64,000 bases of DNA from Callorhinchus milii (lineage: Eukaryota), in the NCBI RefSeq assembly GCF_018977255.1, contig NW_024704742.1, forward strand, positions 71,488,001 to 71,552,000, read 5' to 3'. Every line of letters begins with the position of its first letter. The first letter of the stretch is position 1. Both the position numbers and the translations under genes were made by a program. This document shows positions 62,425 through 64,000 of this stretch, piece by piece. Below the pieces are notes generated by a model. That model was not told the origin of the DNA. It saw only the letters and a program-made list of their open reading frames with translations, and did not search any database.

Positions 62425-63170
62425 ACCAGAAAGAGAGAGAAGCGGCGAGTGAGTGATGTGATGAGAGAGAGAGTTACGTGGAGAGAAAGCGAGATTGAGA
62501 GAAAGATTTGAAGAGAGAGTGAGTGACTTGGAGAGAGAGATTGAGTGACGTGGAGAGAGCGGGTGACGTGGAAAGAGAAAGAGATTCAGATAGAGATGTG
62601 GAGAGAGAGAGAGACATCGAGAGAGAATGAATGGCATAGAGAGAGTGACGAGAAATAGAGTGACATGGAGTGAGAGAGAGAGTGCCGTGCAGAGGGAGAG
62701 AGACGTGAATAAAGAGAATGACATGAGGAGAGAGAGAGAGAAATGGAGAGAGAGACACTGATAGAAAGAGTGAGGTGGAGAATAAGTGATGTGGAGAGAG
62801 AGAGCAAGAGAGTGTAGAGAGAAACTGAGAGTGACGTAGAGAGAGAAAGTGAGAATGACGTGGAGAGAGAATGAGAGTGACATGGAGGGAGAGAGTGAGA
62901 GTGACGTGGTGAGAGAACGAGAAAGTGACATGGAGAGAGAGAGTGAGAGTAACGTGGTGAGAGAGTGACATGGAGAAGTGAGAGTGATGTGGAGAGCAAG
63001 AGAGATGTGGAGAGAGAGATGTGGAGAGGGAGAGAGAGTGATCTGGAGAGAAAGTGAGAGTAATGAGAGTACAAGAGAGTGATGTGGAGAGAGAGAGATG
63101 TGGAGAGAGAGATGTAGAGAGAGAGAGAAATATATGGAATGACATTGAGTGTGGAGCGAGTGATGTGCAG
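62425..63170. repeat. GA-rich degenerate repeat (GAGTGA(C/T)GTGGAGAGA) filling DYSF intron 5
   Basis: Direct reading. Confidence 0.88.
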
Positions 63171-63219
63171 AGTGAGCCCATCCCGTTGTTGCGTGCCTGA
63201 TGATGGTGTGTCTCCGCAG

Positions 63220-63419
63220 ACACAGGGGGTGAGGCTGAGGGTGAAGAGGACACAGAAGACTCTGTGGACCCAGGAGAGGAGGACAAGACTCCGACCCGGA
63301 CACCAGGGGCTGAGCCCCCCGCTGCCCCGAAGCTCCAGCCACCGAGCTCCGGCAAGGCTCTGAGGAAACGCAAACACTCAGCCCGGCCTCTCCTTCCCAA
63401 CAAACCCCAGGACTTCCAG
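63220..63419 (+). CDS. DYSF: Dysferlin exon 6 (C2A-C2B linker)
   Basis: Acceptor tctccgcag|, 200 nt, (D)TGGEAEGEEDTEDS...LRKRKHSARPLLPNKPQDFQ, donor CAG|GTCAGA. DTGGE..EDTED and KPQDFQ match dysferlin. Confidence 0.93.
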
Positions 63420-63502
63420 GTCAGACCATCGCATCCTGTTATACACAGTCTCCATCACACCCTGTTATACAGAGTTCTGTTGCATATTGGTTAGAGCACT
63501 CA

Positions 63503-63836
63503 CAACAATAACAACCAATTATATTTTTATAGCACCTTTCATGTCGGGGGGATGTGCCAAAGTGCTGGACAATCAGGGATTTCGACCCGAGCAGGGGGTC
63601 AGGATCAGGAGAGGTTGAGGGCAGGAAGAGTAGGAGGTGGCCGAAGGCGCGTCAAAGAGGAGGATCTTGAGACGTGGCTTGAAGGAGGCAAGGGAGGGAA
63701 CGAGGTGAAGGGAATGTGGGATGGAGTTCCAAAGGGTGGGAGCAGTGAGGCTGAAGGCCCGACTGCCAATGGTGGGTTGGGCCGGGCGGGGGTTGTGGAG
63801 CAGACCGGAACCTGCTGAGTCGAGAGAGCGGACAGG
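63503..63836 (-). mobile_element. L2 LINE 3' end, followed by a SINE at 63837-64000
   Basis: PTIGSRAFS..APTLWNSIP motif and (CAA)n tail. Confidence 0.85.
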
Positions 63837-64000
63837 CTTATCTTGCAAGAAAGAGGACCCGGGTTTGATTCCCGGGCGGGGCGAAACCTTAGGCAAGTTT
63901 CCTTACTCCACACGCCTCTGTTTACCAAGCAGTAAGTAGGAACTTGGTTGTTAGTCGATTGGCAGATTGCTTTTCGGGGGTAATAATCCCTCCAAAAATA

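Noticed and set aside
62193..63219. Homologue of human alternative exon 5a
   Set aside because: The intron is ~1 kb and mostly repeat; I found no convincing in-frame exon.
62323..63403. Minus-strand ORFs of 263-339 aa
   Set aside because: Antisense to the GA repeat and to DYSF exon 6; all three frames are open.
28742..63419. Myoferlin as an alternative identity
   Set aside because: The exon 1a, exon 1b and exon 6 (DTGGE..EDTED) peptides match dysferlin better.

Overview
Repeat-rich vertebrate DNA, most likely a cartilaginous fish and possibly a holocephalan (inferred from the CR1/L2 LINEs, Deu-domain SINEs and CORE-type tRNA SINEs). The + strand carries the 5' part of dysferlin (DYSF): canonical exon 1a (28742-28829), a second alternative first coding exon matching human DYSF_v1/C2Av1 (36873-36966), and exons 2-6. 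All have GT-AG boundaries and compatible phases, and the ORF track misses most of them. About 16 kb upstream is a CpG-island promoter built from repeated NRF1 + paired-CCAAT modules. It appears to drive a divergent minus-strand gene whose coding exons are not seen here. That gene's first intron holds a 2.4-kb CU-rich (sense) tract, a 60-nt putative non-coding exon and a cluster of related AGCAGCU-type motifs. Also present are two tRNA-Val(TAC) genes, a precisely bounded non-autonomous Helitron, hAT-type elements, a complex SINE insertion with an 85-bp inverted duplication, and several motif-dense candidate enhancers. Nearly all long ORFs in the track are LINE remnants or low-complexity artefacts. 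All homology statements come from recall, not from database searches.
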